Shown here piece after piece: positions 23,484 to 35,761 of a stretch of 64,000 bases of DNA. The number at the start of each line of letters is the position of its first letter. Within the stretch, counting starts at the first letter, position 1. The stretch lies in assembly GCA_001662655.1 (NCBI GenBank), contig KV460219.1. One strand, 5' to 3'. The notes below the pieces were generated by a model. It did no database searches. It was not told the DNA's origin and worked only from the letters and a program-made list of their open reading frames with translations. The DNA is from Pseudogymnoascus verrucosus (lineage: Eukaryota). The position numbers and the translations under genes were made by a program.

Positions 23484-23918
23484 CTTGAAGTGTTAAATAT
23501 TGATGAGATGAAATAAAAGGAAGGAATTAACCAGTTATGCCCAGATAGCTTGGGTTCTATCTACCTATTTAAATAGTAGTTTTATGGTGTCTAGAGACCG
23601 TGATAATTGTGTGGTTTGCCTCGGAGGTTGGGTGCCAGTCAAGGGACCCAAAGCTGAGGAGGGGAACCCTTAATGCGGTAATTTAGAGCGCTGGAAACAA
23701 GACGGCTGGCAGACGGCAGAGAAAGACAGATAGCAAAACTCCTCCGAAATTAGAGGGCCTGTGACCAACTCACCCCGCCTAAACGTTCAACTCTAAACGG
23801 CGCGCAGAGTTAGAAAGAGTAATTGTCTCCGTCGTTTTAGCTAGTTTTAACTATGATTTGAAACGACGACGGAGACAACTACCGTAATAGTTAGAGGTTC
23901 TAAGCATTATCCCCGCAC

Positions 23919-24380
23919 CACGCTTTACTAAAAGTAGCAAAGCTTGCGCTAGTGTTAACTTTATAGTACCCTTTGCGGGGAAATTTTGCCTGTGTATCAG
24001 GTCGGCACTTATCTCCCATATTTTTAGACTGAGCTTGTAAAATTTCCCTGCACAAATCATTTTAAAGTTAAATCTAACGCAAGCTTTACTGTTCTTAGTG
24101 AGGCGTGAATGCCTACATAGCCCCAAAATATAGTAGACAGCCTCGGTCGTCCTGAGGAAGCCTAGGAAGACTTTTTCTAAAACATCAAACTCCGGAAGGC
24201 TGATATAAATGACCCAGGATCGCTAGAGCCAAAGACCGGTACAAATCAGATCGGCAAGTCAGATCGGCAGTTATCCACTGTACTTTCGGACCAAGCAGGC
24301 GCTTGCAAAGCCCCTAAACAAAAGGTACGATAAAGTTAATACTTAGCGCAAGTTCTGCCGCTTTTAGTAAAGCGTGAATG
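23919..24380. mobile_element. Degenerate MITE-like foldback with three related ~60-70 bp arms
   Basis: Arm 23919-23989 aligns without gaps to the reverse complement of 24037-24107 (53/71 by hand). It also aligns to the reverse complement of 24319-24376, with the outer 16 bp CACGCTTTACTAAAAG exact. There is no credible CDS and no clear TSD. Confidence 0.55.
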
Positions 24381-24637
24381 GTCGTATGTGACAATTACAT
24401 GCATATTCCATCTTTAAGGATTCATGAAGCACATCCTTTACTTTTAATCTCTCAAGTTACAAATCAACGGCAGCTGCTTTGCTCGTCGCAGTCTCAATTG
24501 ACGTAGATTGTGCGCCACCTACTCTTGACTACCTGGGCATGGATTGGCTGCCTGGCTTTAAGGACCATGATGTCTGTCTCATTTCTGTTCCTACATGGAT
24601 GTACGAAATCAAATTTCGAAATATAGTACAAGAATAA

Positions 24638-26367
24638 TTACACAAACAAGACACTCATCCCTAAACTATTCATCGCTGTTCTCCAGTCGACTGGCTGCTG
24701 CCGTTTCTCTTCCCCCCGCAGTCTCCAGCACTCTTCTACAATAGATAGTGCTTTTGAGAAATTCCCAAATGTCGGGGTATCCCCATTGCTCGATACCGCC
24801 AGGCCTCTGAAGAACATCTGCTCTTCTTCTATTGCCATGCAGCCTGTAATGCAATATGCCCAAGTAAGGCTGTTGATCATCGCTATATCAGGCAGTGCTC
24901 GCAATGCATCTATCGTCCGAGACACGTTTTTGCGGATTTCTGGCATTTTAGGATAAGCGCCTGAGACGACTACGTCAAGATACACAAGCGCAGAACAGGC
25001 AAAGATGCGTGTGATTAGAAGCGTGAGATGAGGCGATTCCTGTATCCCGGTACTTAGAATCGAAGGGGTGCTGTGATTTGTTAATTGGCTGAGTCTGCTA
25101 GAGGTGTCTCGAAGACCATCTTCAAGACCTCGTTCAATGTGAGTTGCACGAGTGACTAGCTCGCGCATGCTCAACTGAGCGCTTATCTGGAGATTCTGTT
25201 TCCAGTCGTTAAGAAAAGCAATGTCCATAATGAGGAGCATGGCCCAGTTTTCGCAGCCCATTATTTTATCAAGGAAAATATAACCCAAAGCTGTGCCAAT
25301 ACATTCGCATTTCGAGAACGGCGGCTCTCCTGTGGTGCTGCAGGAGAGAATGTCGTACCATCCAACCACGCCAGCGAAGAAGAATAAAGCTGATTGGTAT
25401 CCTGGGGATAAACTGGCAAACTCGGCAACCCTTTCCTCACGTTTGATGTCTGGGACAAGCACCGCCGCTGCAGATAAGTGCATCCTCCAATTTCTTGCAT
25501 CCCCTTTGAACATCTATGAGCGACAATGTTAGAACTGACGGATGGTTTCAGAGAGGATATACCGACTTCTAAAGATATCAACATTACCAAACAAGAAAGG
25601 ACGTCGACGTTTTCGACTTGGGTACGAGCCTCCTTCTTGTCCCCAATTTTTGCCAGATATTGCCGGAGTTCACTCAGCGCACGTGCATATTGCCTTTCCA
25701 GGGACTCTAAGTCGAGGCCGTGGTGCTTGCTTGCACTGTCGCGGCATAGCATAGACTGCCGGTGATAGGCTGCCAAGCTAATAGCAGCATAATACAAAGG
25801 TTTTGTCGTCGTCAAAATAGATAGAAGCCAGCCCCGACCACCAGAGACTACCGATGGCTTATAGAAAGGGAACTGAAGTGGGAAAACGTGATCTAGGTAG
25901 TGCATGAGTAGTTCTGTGTCGACTTCTTCTGGAACGACCGAAAAATCTGAAAGAGGAGGGTCTGTAGCGACTAACGGGGATACACGATTCATCACGCGCC
26001 CTCCCCAGTCATCTGACGAGTCTGTCCGTGTAGGGGATGGTAGCGTAGTAGCAGGTGGTGCTGGGTGGGTTGGCTCCTTAGCCGCGGCATTGTTCGTAGA
26101 TCCATTGGATTGTTGTTGTTGCTGTGGTCGCCGCTTCATTGCTATCCGCTTCCTTTCTGCAGTCGTTTCCTTGACTACACGTCGAATTGTCTCCGCCATA
26201 TCCTTCTCTCTACCCTTGCCGTCCATCCACTCTGGCTTTGGACCATACCTATGGCATGTCACGGCGAGATTATTACATGTTAAACACACTGGTTTTCCTT
26301 CGTCACATTTCTTCTTACGAAGGCGACAAGTCCAACACCCCTTTGTGCTTCTCGCACTCCCAGACAT
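24638..26367 (-). CDS. Zn(II)2Cys6 transcription factor with Fungal_trans_2 domain; 2 exons
   Basis: GCWTCRLRKKKCDEGKPVCLTC, LLMHYLDHVFPLQFPFY, GGRGWLL, WYDILSC and IMGCENW. Intron at ~25517-25566. Confidence 0.9.
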
Positions 26368-27015
26368 GCTCCGGGGGAAACCTGCCTTCAGACACTGTTC
26401 CCACTATGCCGATCGTTACGACTTGAGTCAGCAGAGACCCCGAATTTTCGACAATATCTGTGCCCAAAGTTAATTTGAGTTAGATTCCAGAATTTCTGAC
26501 TGATGGTAATCTACCGCCGATGGTTGATAAATTCGAGGTGCTTGCGCGGGTGAGAATTGACGGAAGGTGGATTAGAAAGCATTTACAACCTGTTTTATCG
26601 ATTAACCGCGCAAGCAACTGCAACCGAGGTTCGTCTCGTCCTTCCATCTAGGTACAGGTACGGTTTAAATGGGTCTATACCAAGTAACTTTTTTATCGCC
26701 AACAACCAACTTGAATCTTACCGCAGTCTGAGCTAAATCAACGCTGTGTAAGCAGTTATATAGAGCGCTGGTAGGAATGTGAGGTAATCTTTGTGCCGCC
26801 TTTGGAATGGATGATTTCTTAGTATCCGCCGGTAAGTCCTGATTTTTCAAGGTAGGATAGGGGACATCGGCGGCTGATCTACTACGATGTGCTTGGTAAG
26901 AGTATCCCTACGAAACTACTTAAAGAGTCGTAGAAATCCCTTTTGTTTTATCCTTATACACATTGCCTCGATTTCGTCTCTCAACTTCAGTTTACACAGA
27001 CGTCAAACTCTGAAA

Positions 27016-27934
27016 ATGCCGTCTTACGTTGTTGTTGGTGCCTCTCGAGGCCTCGGAGTATGGCTCTTTCCACACCCCATCATATTCCAATTCTAACGAA
27101 ACTCCCAGTACGAGTGGCTTCGATTTCTCAGCCAGGACCCATCCAATGCTGTCATTGGACTAGCACGCACTCCAGGACCTGTCGAGGCCCAACTTGCAGC
27201 CGATAAAATCACCAATGTCCGCATTTTCAAGGCTGACATGCTCGATCACAGAAGTCTCACAATAGCAGCCAGCGAGGTTTCTGAAGTAACCAACAACTCA
27301 CTCGATCATCTGATTGTTAACGGCGCCTACCTCGGTCCTGACGCGTCTTTCATCACCCCGACGGAATTCGTCGGTCAAGAGGACCTCCTTCGCCGAGAGT
27401 TCATCAAAAACTTGGATGTGAACGTTATCGGTGTCATCCACTCCATCAACGCATTTATTCCGCTCATTCGCAAAGGCACCACTAAGAAGATCACTGTCAT
27501 ATCAACAGGCCTAGCGGACTTGGAGCTAGCGCAGAAGGCAAACATCGCGTTCTCAGTGCTATACAGCTCGACTAAAGCGGCCACTAACATGGTTGTTGCC
27601 AAATATTCTGCTGAGCTGAGAGGAGAGGGAATCATCCTCCTCGCATTGAGCCCAGGGGTCGTCGACACCGCTACTGGACCTCGTAAGTTCACCCATCTCA
27701 AAACCTACGAGTCGTAATGGAGGTGATTGGAATCTGACAACCCAAATAGCACCTCCAGAACACATACCGCGAATGCAAGAGATGGGAGCAGAATTTGCAA
27801 ATATCTATCCGCATTTCAAGGGGCCGATCACTCCAGCTCAGAGCGTGCCTCTCATGAAAAAGGTTATTGACAATATGACGATTGAGGATTCTGGAGCATT
27901 CTTGTCCCACCTTGGCAGCAAGGAGTGGCTTTGA
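27016..27934 (+). CDS. Short-chain dehydrogenase/reductase (CsgA/C-factor-like); 3 exons
   Basis: MPSYVVVGASRGLG|YEW, LDHLIVNGA, YSSTK (YxxxK), LSPGVVDT, and C-terminal SGAFLSHLGSKEWL*. Confidence 0.88.
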
Positions 27935-28335
27935 ACGCCTTTGGTATTGGAGTTCTGATTATGATAGAGATAAATAGAACGATATTTACCATATAACTAC
28001 TTCCTTAGTATGCCTCTCGTAATTTCTAGTTGCTCAGCACCCTATTTCACGATTCACATTCACTCAGGTACATGTCACGTGGCGACAAATCGGGCATCCG
28101 TCATTCCCCAACTTCCGGCTTCACTCTGTCCCACATAACATGCCGCCTTGCCAGCAATTCAGCCACCGTGGTCGGAAGAATGCGGTGGCCGCACGAAGAT
28201 TAAGCCGCACCTTTTCTAGTTATAAACCCCTCACCTATATGGTCGCATCCCACCTCCCTCGCCCACTCACCGTATACACAACATCATACACAACACCACG
28301 TCTTTGAATCGTGACTTTGAAAAATAACCACAGTC

Positions 28336-28719
28336 ATGTCCTTCTCCTCCCGCCACATCCCTGCTCTAGTGGTGTGCTTTGGTGTCGGCGCCGGTGGCAC
28401 CATGCCTATGTTTGACGCTGCCTTCGCATTATCAACCTTTGGGTTCCCCAAGCGCGTCGCCTCCTCCCAGCCTGCACAAGCAGTGTCGATCATTAATGGT
28501 GGGCGGAACGTAGCCCTGGGAATAGCGCTAGGTACGCTATATTTGCGCGGCATGCTAGATGCAGTGGACGTTGTTTTAGGGTGTTGGGGCCTTACGGGGC
28601 TTGTGGATGGGTGGGTGTTGTGGCAGGAGGGGGTGAGGGGGAAGGCTGTGTTCAGAAGCGTTTTCGGGACGATGGTTGGGGCGTACGGATGGCTAGGGCT
28701 GACAGCTGGGAGGGGTTGA
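28336..28719 (+). CDS. Small membrane protein, DUF4267-like
   Basis: 127-aa intronless hydrophobic ORF with FGFP, GGRNVALG and GLVDGWVLW, a pattern typical of DUF4267. Confidence 0.7.
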   Translation: MSFSSRHIPALVVCFGVGAGGTMPMFDAAFALSTFGFPKRVASSQPAQAVSIINGGRNVALGIALGTLYLRGMLDAVDVVLGCWGLTGLVDGWVLWQEGVRGKAVFRSVFGTMVGAYGWLGLTAGRG

Positions 28720-29493
28720 ATGGTCTATCAAGTGATTTTCTTTCTGATTTGATGCTATAAATCACGCCTCTCGTTATATACTGTATGTATCAAGGGACAA
28801 CTCCCCTCACCAAACTGCAATTCAACTGGCCTTCTCTACTCTGACATGCCTCCACTATTTTTGCACAATTCTCAATTTTGGATATTATGCAAAAACAGCC
28901 GCCAGTACTTGAAAAGAAAAAGGAACATCCTTGTTGAGGCTCTTGTGCACACATCTCCTGGCAGCAAGGCGCAGTCACAATCATCACACAGGATTTTGTT
29001 ATGACTCGTACGGGGAGTAAATTTGTACATACAGCCTTGGGATAATAATGCGGCCTTGTCAGGAGCCTAAATCTTGGCAAGGGTCAGCTGCAGGCGGCGC
29101 AGCGCAATCTCAACTGCGGCTAATATTAGTTGTAGCGCTATACGGGCTGCCAAGTCCAAACTATTCCCCCAGGACCAAAAAAATGCGAATCGACAATCAA
29201 CACCCGTGTGTGTGTATGGCCCTTTATTTGTGCAGCAGCGCTAGTTGGTGCCGCCAGCCGCTGTATTAGGTGTCAAAGCATGCGGAAATAGGTCCGGGGA
29301 TACCGAAATAGGAACGAATGCAAGGTTTGCAATCCTAAGCCAAGACTTCAGCACTTCAGCCAAGGCTTCAGTAGGCTGAAGGCATGAATGTAAGATTAGT
29401 TCTCCGTATATATAGGGTAGCAAGTGCCGCGAGGTGCGGTTGATCACCAAAAACATCTTCCAATTCAATCAAGTCCGCTCTATAAACTCCAAA

Positions 29494-30225
29494 ATGGCTT
29501 TCTCTCTCGCCGGCGCAAATGTTCCCGCCCTTGGTGCCGACTGGTTCAACCCCGGACTCTCTGCACGTATGGCGGGGAAGGAGGAAGCGCCAGCGACATT
29601 CCCTGTTCTTAATGTCAGGAACAATACGGCCACACCAACCCCACGAGGAAATACTGTGAACTTGTTTATGGATTCCGAATCCGACGAGATTGAATTTGCC
29701 GCATCCATCGTTTCTGTCTGCGTGGACCGGACCGTATACGCAATTCAATGTACCAAGGCACCAGCAAGTATTGGCACTGATTGTGGTCCCGGTGGCCAGG
29801 AAGTAAGCCTCAATTCCCTTCCACGAGTTTTAACAAGTACTAACTTCATCTAGATTTTGACTGTAACTGAGGGACCGGCGATTTATCAGTGGGACTACAC
29901 CGCGACAACTAGAACCATGGGCTACGACGTAACTGCCTCCATCGTCGAGTCATGTTCCCTTGATGGTACAACTGCGGCTACTTGTGTTGGAACCGTTGGA
30001 GGGGAGGCCGCTGGTACAAAGACGTCTGAAACCGCACACGTCACGATCGCTAGCCCTACTTACTACCGCTTCGATGTCGAGATCACAGGAGGCGCTGAGA
30101 AGACCAATAATCCATCACCTACCTGCGGTGCGCAGGGCGCAGCTACGAGTCTTAACGCCAGGGCGATGGCGATCTGGGCGTTGACTGGTACCTTTGGCGT
30201 GGCCAGCCTTCTCTCCATGCTATAG
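29494..30225 (+). CDS. Putative GPI-anchored, Thr-rich cell-wall protein; 2 exons
   Basis: FAASIVSVCVDRTVYAIQCT and TVTEGP...SCSLDGTTAATC...VEITGG, with a hydrophobic C-terminal tail after GAQGAA. Intron at ~29803-29853. The signal peptide is atypical. Confidence 0.7.
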
Positions 30226-30345
30226 TCAAGTTGGAGAGGACTGTGGGACCCGATCACTTTAATCACCTAATGTTTCGCAACTCCACTGCACGGAAGGACC
30301 CATTTTGTTACTTGTTTTTATGTATTTATGGATTTCGATACCCCC

Positions 30346-30655
30346 TCAAGAATAGGAATAGACCGTCTTTTCCCTGCTCAGCCAGGGATCACTTAACAAT
30401 TCTCGTGCTGTCTTTCGCTTCTCCGGTTCCCATTGCAACATTGACCTGATGAAGTTGAGAAACAGCTCTTTGTCCTTCCCCTCCAGATTTTCCTCCATAG
30501 CCTCGAGACTACTCGGCGGCAAAAGCGATAGGCGTTCTGGGTCACTTTCGTCTGGTTCAAGCCAGTTCCCATCCGTGTCGAACCATTCTGCCGATCGCTT
30601 GCCGCGCTTGATGAGTTTCAGAGGCGGTGGCCCGAGTATGGCTGAGACCAGACTC
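30346..30655 (-). pseudogene. Orphan C-terminal fragment of an SRPK-like (CMGC) protein kinase
   Basis: ILGPPPLKLIKRGKRSAEWFDTDGNW...SLEAMEENLEGKDKELFLNFIRSMLQWEPEKRKTARELLSDPWL corresponds to kinase subdomains X-XI. I could not find subdomains I-IX before the next gene at 31208. Confidence 0.75.
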
Positions 30656-31207
30656 GGGTTCACATTGGTGCCAAATTTAGCATTCAGGCGAATCAGATGA
30701 AACTTGTCTTGGTCAAGGCAATATGCAATACAGTTGTACAATGAAGATCGCTGCATATTATGGCCCACAGAGTAGCCTTTTTATGGCTTATGCAAGGATT
30801 ATCTATAACACTTACTTCTTAGCGGTGTAACTCGCAATCGTACATTGTGCATGGCAATGGCCATCTTTAATCCAACATCATATAGCAGCGGTAATACGTA
30901 CTTATCGCCATTTGATGCCTGTCGTAGTACAGTGCCTCATTCCATGAGTTATGGCCGTACAGTGCAATACACTCAGTTAATAAGCTGTGACGTGTTTGAT
31001 TCCGTAACATTGAAATATAGTTCAACAATTTCTCAACGTGTTCAGATCTATGAGATGATGATTTTTGGTAACATGGGCAACAAACGTCACCAACTTTCAA
31101 CAAAATAGTTTCGATACGCGAAGCTTCTCGGACCATGAATAGTCTGGTTTGTATTACAGTTATAACAGCTTTGATGCTTGTAAACTCCTGCGGCTGCTAG
31201 GCAGGTA

Positions 31208-33324
31208 TTATCGTCCACCATCTACATAGTAACTTAAAGGATAATTCAGGAACGCGCACTGTGGCACATCCACAAACCCGCTTGAGACAGAGGGATAATC
31301 CAATAGGCGTATTGGGCCGTTCTTGTCCTTGATCTGATTCCACTGCCCCGTATGCTGTACTGCATGCAGCGTGTCTCCATATTTCCTTGTCGTCAAATAG
31401 CGCTCTGATGGGTTGGGCTGTCCATTCTTCACGAACTGCGCAAAATAGCCCGAGTTCAACTGCGCAGCTTTAAGATCATTCGAGTCACGGATTGGGCTTA
31501 CGTTCCCAAAGATAAATGGCGCCGTGGCTCCGCTATGGAAACGGAAGTATGGGAGATTTGGGTTTCCATTGGGGTAGCCTGGGGTCACAGGAGCGCCGCC
31601 TAGCAAATTCGAATCGTAACCTCCGACGGTACGGTCCATTTCGTAGTAATAAGAAGCCGCGAATGCATGTGACTTAGCAGCCGCAAACATGGTGGCCTGG
31701 TCCACGCAGCGGAAACCACTGTCGGTTGCAACGCGCGCAGAAACGTTGAAGGAATCGAGTGTTATGTTGCCGGTATTATAGAGTGGGAAAAGTCCGCTAT
31801 CGATGACGGATTGCGCATAAGACGCCGAGATACCCAGAGACTTTTGGATACCTTCTATTTCGCTGGTGACTGGAGTGGCTGGGTACGATGCGCCGATTGA
31901 GGAACCATCATCGCGAGCCACGCCAAACATCGCAGGAACATGGGCTGTGCTTCCACTGCGTTTCACGACATTAAGCTGTGGGGTATTCACGTAGGTGCCG
32001 TCTTGAACAACATAACGGGCCGTTGAACTGAGCCCACTGACGGTAGATGCAGGCACATTCTTAAGGCATGCGATTTGCTCAGAAAGAGCAGCTTGTTTGC
32101 ACCCGGCGGCAAGGAAGATGTTCTGTCCCGCAAGAGCGTAGGACTCGGCGACTGTGAGATATGAACTGTATGTCGTAGAATAAGTGCTTTCTAGACCTAA
32201 TGTAACACCACCGCCAAGGTTGGACATGGCGATTGCACCTTGAAACTTGCCGTTTGCTGGTGGGGAGCCGAGGAGCGCTCGTACAGAACCGGCGCCTGCT
32301 GAATCGCCACCAATCGTGATTTGCTTTGGATTTCCACCAAAGGAGGCGATGTTCTTAATGACCCACTATGAAAGTTAAATTGTGCTCAATAAATGCCCCT
32401 CAGGTTTCTCACCTGTAGTGCATTGATTTGGTCCGCAATTCCATAGTTGCCTGTGACGCTGGTTCCGGGGATGGCGAGAAAACCTAATGTACCGAGACGA
32501 TATTGAATCTGGACGACAACAATATCTTCACGAGAGGCTAGATTGCCTCCATCAGTCCCTGCGTCGGCAGCTGATCCCCCAGTAAAGCCGCCACCGTGGA
32601 TCCAGAATAACACTGGCCGGAGGTCTTTTTTGGAGCCTTGTTTCGGCAAGTACGGCGTCTGGACGTTGAGGAAAAGACAGCTCTCGGCACCTGATCCATA
32701 CTGCATGCATTGTGGAGCATATACAGTAGCATCGAGAGTCTGTTTTGTTTTCGAGTATGGGACCGAGTGCACAAAGCGCTTTGGGGTGTCGGCATATGGT
32801 ATGCCGAGAAATCGAAATGATTTCTGATTCCGGTATCCAACATAGGTATTCCCAGTCGATGCAATAGCTACCTGGTTACTCGTTGTGGCCACCGCATCCC
32901 ATGGCTGGCCTTGCTGGCTTGACTGGGTACATAAAACAGGGAGTTTAATGCTTCGTGATGGTATAGGCGGGAACATCAGGTTCTCATGTGCATCCACCGC
33001 GACAACCCCATCAGAAATATGATAGAGGTGCGCAGGTTGGGCGCGGCCGGCGTAAGCAACGTAGGATAGCGAGCTGACGAAGTCGGCACTATGAGCTTTT
33101 ATTTGAGATCGAGAAATAAGGGATTCCCCAATGGCCTCGCATGCCTTTGCTGCATCCTTTTTGTCGGAGGGATCCAGCAGAAGAAAGCCAATGTGATTTG
33201 AATCATCAGTACCGTTAAGGTTATTCTGGTACAATAATGTTAAGGATGTTTTGGCATTGGATATAACTGGAGTATGAGCGATTGCAGAGGGCAGAACCAA
33301 AGCCAGTAAGGCTAAGTGTAACAT
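31208..33324 (-). CDS. Secreted type-B carboxylesterase (cholinesterase-like); 2 exons
   Basis: Signal MLHLALLALVLPSAIA, FRFLGIPYA, ESCLFLNVQTP, PVLFWIHGGGFTGG, QYRLGTLGFL, GNYGIADQINAL, and GGDSAGAGS after an intron near 32366-32412. Confidence 0.9.
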
Positions 33325-33798
33325 GACAGGCAGACTGGGGCGACTAACTTGGAAGTTGCACACAACTGCATATTTGGACGGGTTTTAGAACACTTTATTG
33401 TGTTTTGCAAGCCGTTGTTAGTAGAGAGCTTATCCTTGCAAATGAGGGGTGACGGGGTGCGGGGAAAGGAGAGGGGGGATCGGAGGAAAGGGAACGGGTG
33501 GAGTTTATCCGGAAGTTAACTTAAATGCTGTTGATGGGTTGTGATGAGGAGAAATCACGCCTAGAACAGCCATTTTCTGGTGCGCACGGCCAGTTATAAG
33601 CAATTTGTGAGCCGGGCCGTGGAGCCTGAGAGGTAATAAACCCCGTAATTTCAATTCCATTTAGGCTCGATGAACCTGTATTGGAAGATCAGGTTTCTTT
33701 GTTCACAGGCATGCCAGTTCCTACCGTGGTCCTAGCCCAGGTTCGAAAATTAGGTCGATTTAAATCACTGTGATTCCGAAGATCTCATGTAGATATCT

Positions 33799-33822
33799 CA
33801 ACCTTCGCCGCGGCGAAGGTTG
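33799..33822. repeat. Perfect 24-bp palindrome
   Basis: CAACCTTCGCCG|CGGCGAAGGTTG. Confidence 0.95.
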
Positions 33823-33833
33823 TTTGTGCATAA

Positions 33834-35057
33834 TTATGGGGAATTCCAATTAAGCTTTGACTGCCGAAGATTTTCGTCGAACCAACTGTTGTCATTTGCG
33901 ACACCATCGGCATCTACTTTTCAAGTGCCATTTTCAACAAGTGAGGCCCAGTGATGCGGAACCTCTGATAGACGCGGTGGGCGCGATGGACTCCACGGGC
34001 AACGGCCATTGAATTGGCACGCTGTAGGCAATCCTGAGTTTGCGATCAGGCGAACAACGTCCGAGTCAATTAAACCCGGCTCTGTGTACAGACCTGCTCG
34101 TCTGTTGACCGTAAACTTGCCATATCCCCAGTCTTCGTCGAATGGCTTAATATCAAATTCGGGGTTTTGAGACACATCTTGAGGCATCGTGCTAATTGCT
34201 GGGAGTAATAGATTTACCCAATCTTCCTCATCTTCACCCCCAAGATTAAAGGTTCGCCGGCAGGGATCGGTCGGCTCCGATGAATAGATCTCGGAGAGGG
34301 TTTCCGGAGAGAACGCTAAAATACCAGGAGCAACGTGCCTAAATTCAGGACGTGGTGCGCGGGAAAGGAACTCTCTTGCAAACCTGCCGATTCGAAAAGA
34401 TGCCATGCTTTCGACATCAAGAGGCTCTAATCGCGACTGTTACCTCTGGCCTCGTTGTGGTAACCTGGCTTCTATGGTTGAAAGGAGCCCGCCCCAACCA
34501 ACCAATGAATTTGTCAGATCTGCCTCGACCCAACGCTTGATGGCTAGGGATTGCTTGTTGGTGTCCCAATAGAACTTGACCGATTCCCACTTGTCCAGCT
34601 GAGATTGCAGTGCGAACTCCAATGATATCCATTTCTCAGATGCAGGAAAAGGCCCCGGGCTCCAATGCCAGACTACTTTGTACGTCTGTACATCAAGAAA
34701 TAGCCCTCCATCCATGGGTGAGTCAGCATTGTTCTGTCCGTATAAAAGAATGACACCTGGTTCGCGGCTGAATGTATCACCCCTGAACACTTCCGGGACT
34801 GGCTGATAGATTTCTGGGGTTAATGGGATAAATAGGCTGTGGGGCAGAGAGATGGTGTCCAAGAGCGACAGGAAGTGGTACAATGGTGAAGACCCAGAAT
34901 TTGGAAAATCAGCAATCTCGGCTGATACGTCGAGGAGCCCTGCAATGAGGTTACGCTCAACCATGGCACTGGGTTCGTTCACGATTGCTTTTTGCAGGAG
35001 CCTGTTATGCAGATCTGCGCATCTCTCGGCGGAGAATGACGGGTCTATAACGCTCAT
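33834..35057 (-). pseudogene. Fungal hypothetical protein interrupted by two in-frame stops
   Basis: ORFs 34440-35183 and 33921-34406 are in the same frame, separated by TAA (34440-34442). Reading continues past TGA (33921-33923) as VENGT*KVDADGV...NWNSP* to 33834. The probable start is MSVIDPSFSAERCADLHN. Confidence 0.7.
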
Positions 35058-35761
35058 TGTAGGCGTAGGAGGCCTTCGAAATGGCTGTGGCAGTAGCCAC
35101 CATTCTAAGTTAAGTCGAGTAAAGAGAGCAGCGGCGATCAATATGAGCACAGCGGCTATGTGACGTATGGAAACCGGCATCAAGCTACTCAGCAGGTACG
35201 AAATGTTCGACGTCGGTGTTTGTGAAAATGGAGCATGTCTTGCTCAAGAAGCCCCCAATTCGTCCTAATTATGTCCGTGCATTCATGGAGACCAGGACGC
35301 CCTGAACCCTGAGCCCCCCAGCAAACTCTCTATAGGCCGTAAGGAGTAGTTAGCAAAGCAAATAGACTGATATATTAAAGCTGTTCAGTAATTATCGTAC
35401 TTAGTCTTAGTATACCATTGATTCACAGGAAAGGCTATATGGTGTTGTGGTCACGTGGGCAATGCAGACTACTCTCGGTCCGTGCATTCGGAGGCAAGCT
35501 GTCACATCGTTGCTCAAAGGAATTCGCTCGAAAAGATACGCAACAAACTTCGGAAATGGAAAAACAGACGCTTTCAGGTCAAATCAGAATATTATCAGAA
35601 TATCGTGCTAAACATGGCTAAATATCACTCAACTGCTGCCTCCAAAATACGTTGTCCATACTTTCCATGCTTTCATTCTTTTTCATTCTTTCATGAAGCC
35701 CCTCCCTCCGTGATTACCCAACCACCATCCATTTTATTGTGGAAGGAATAGATGACTGACC

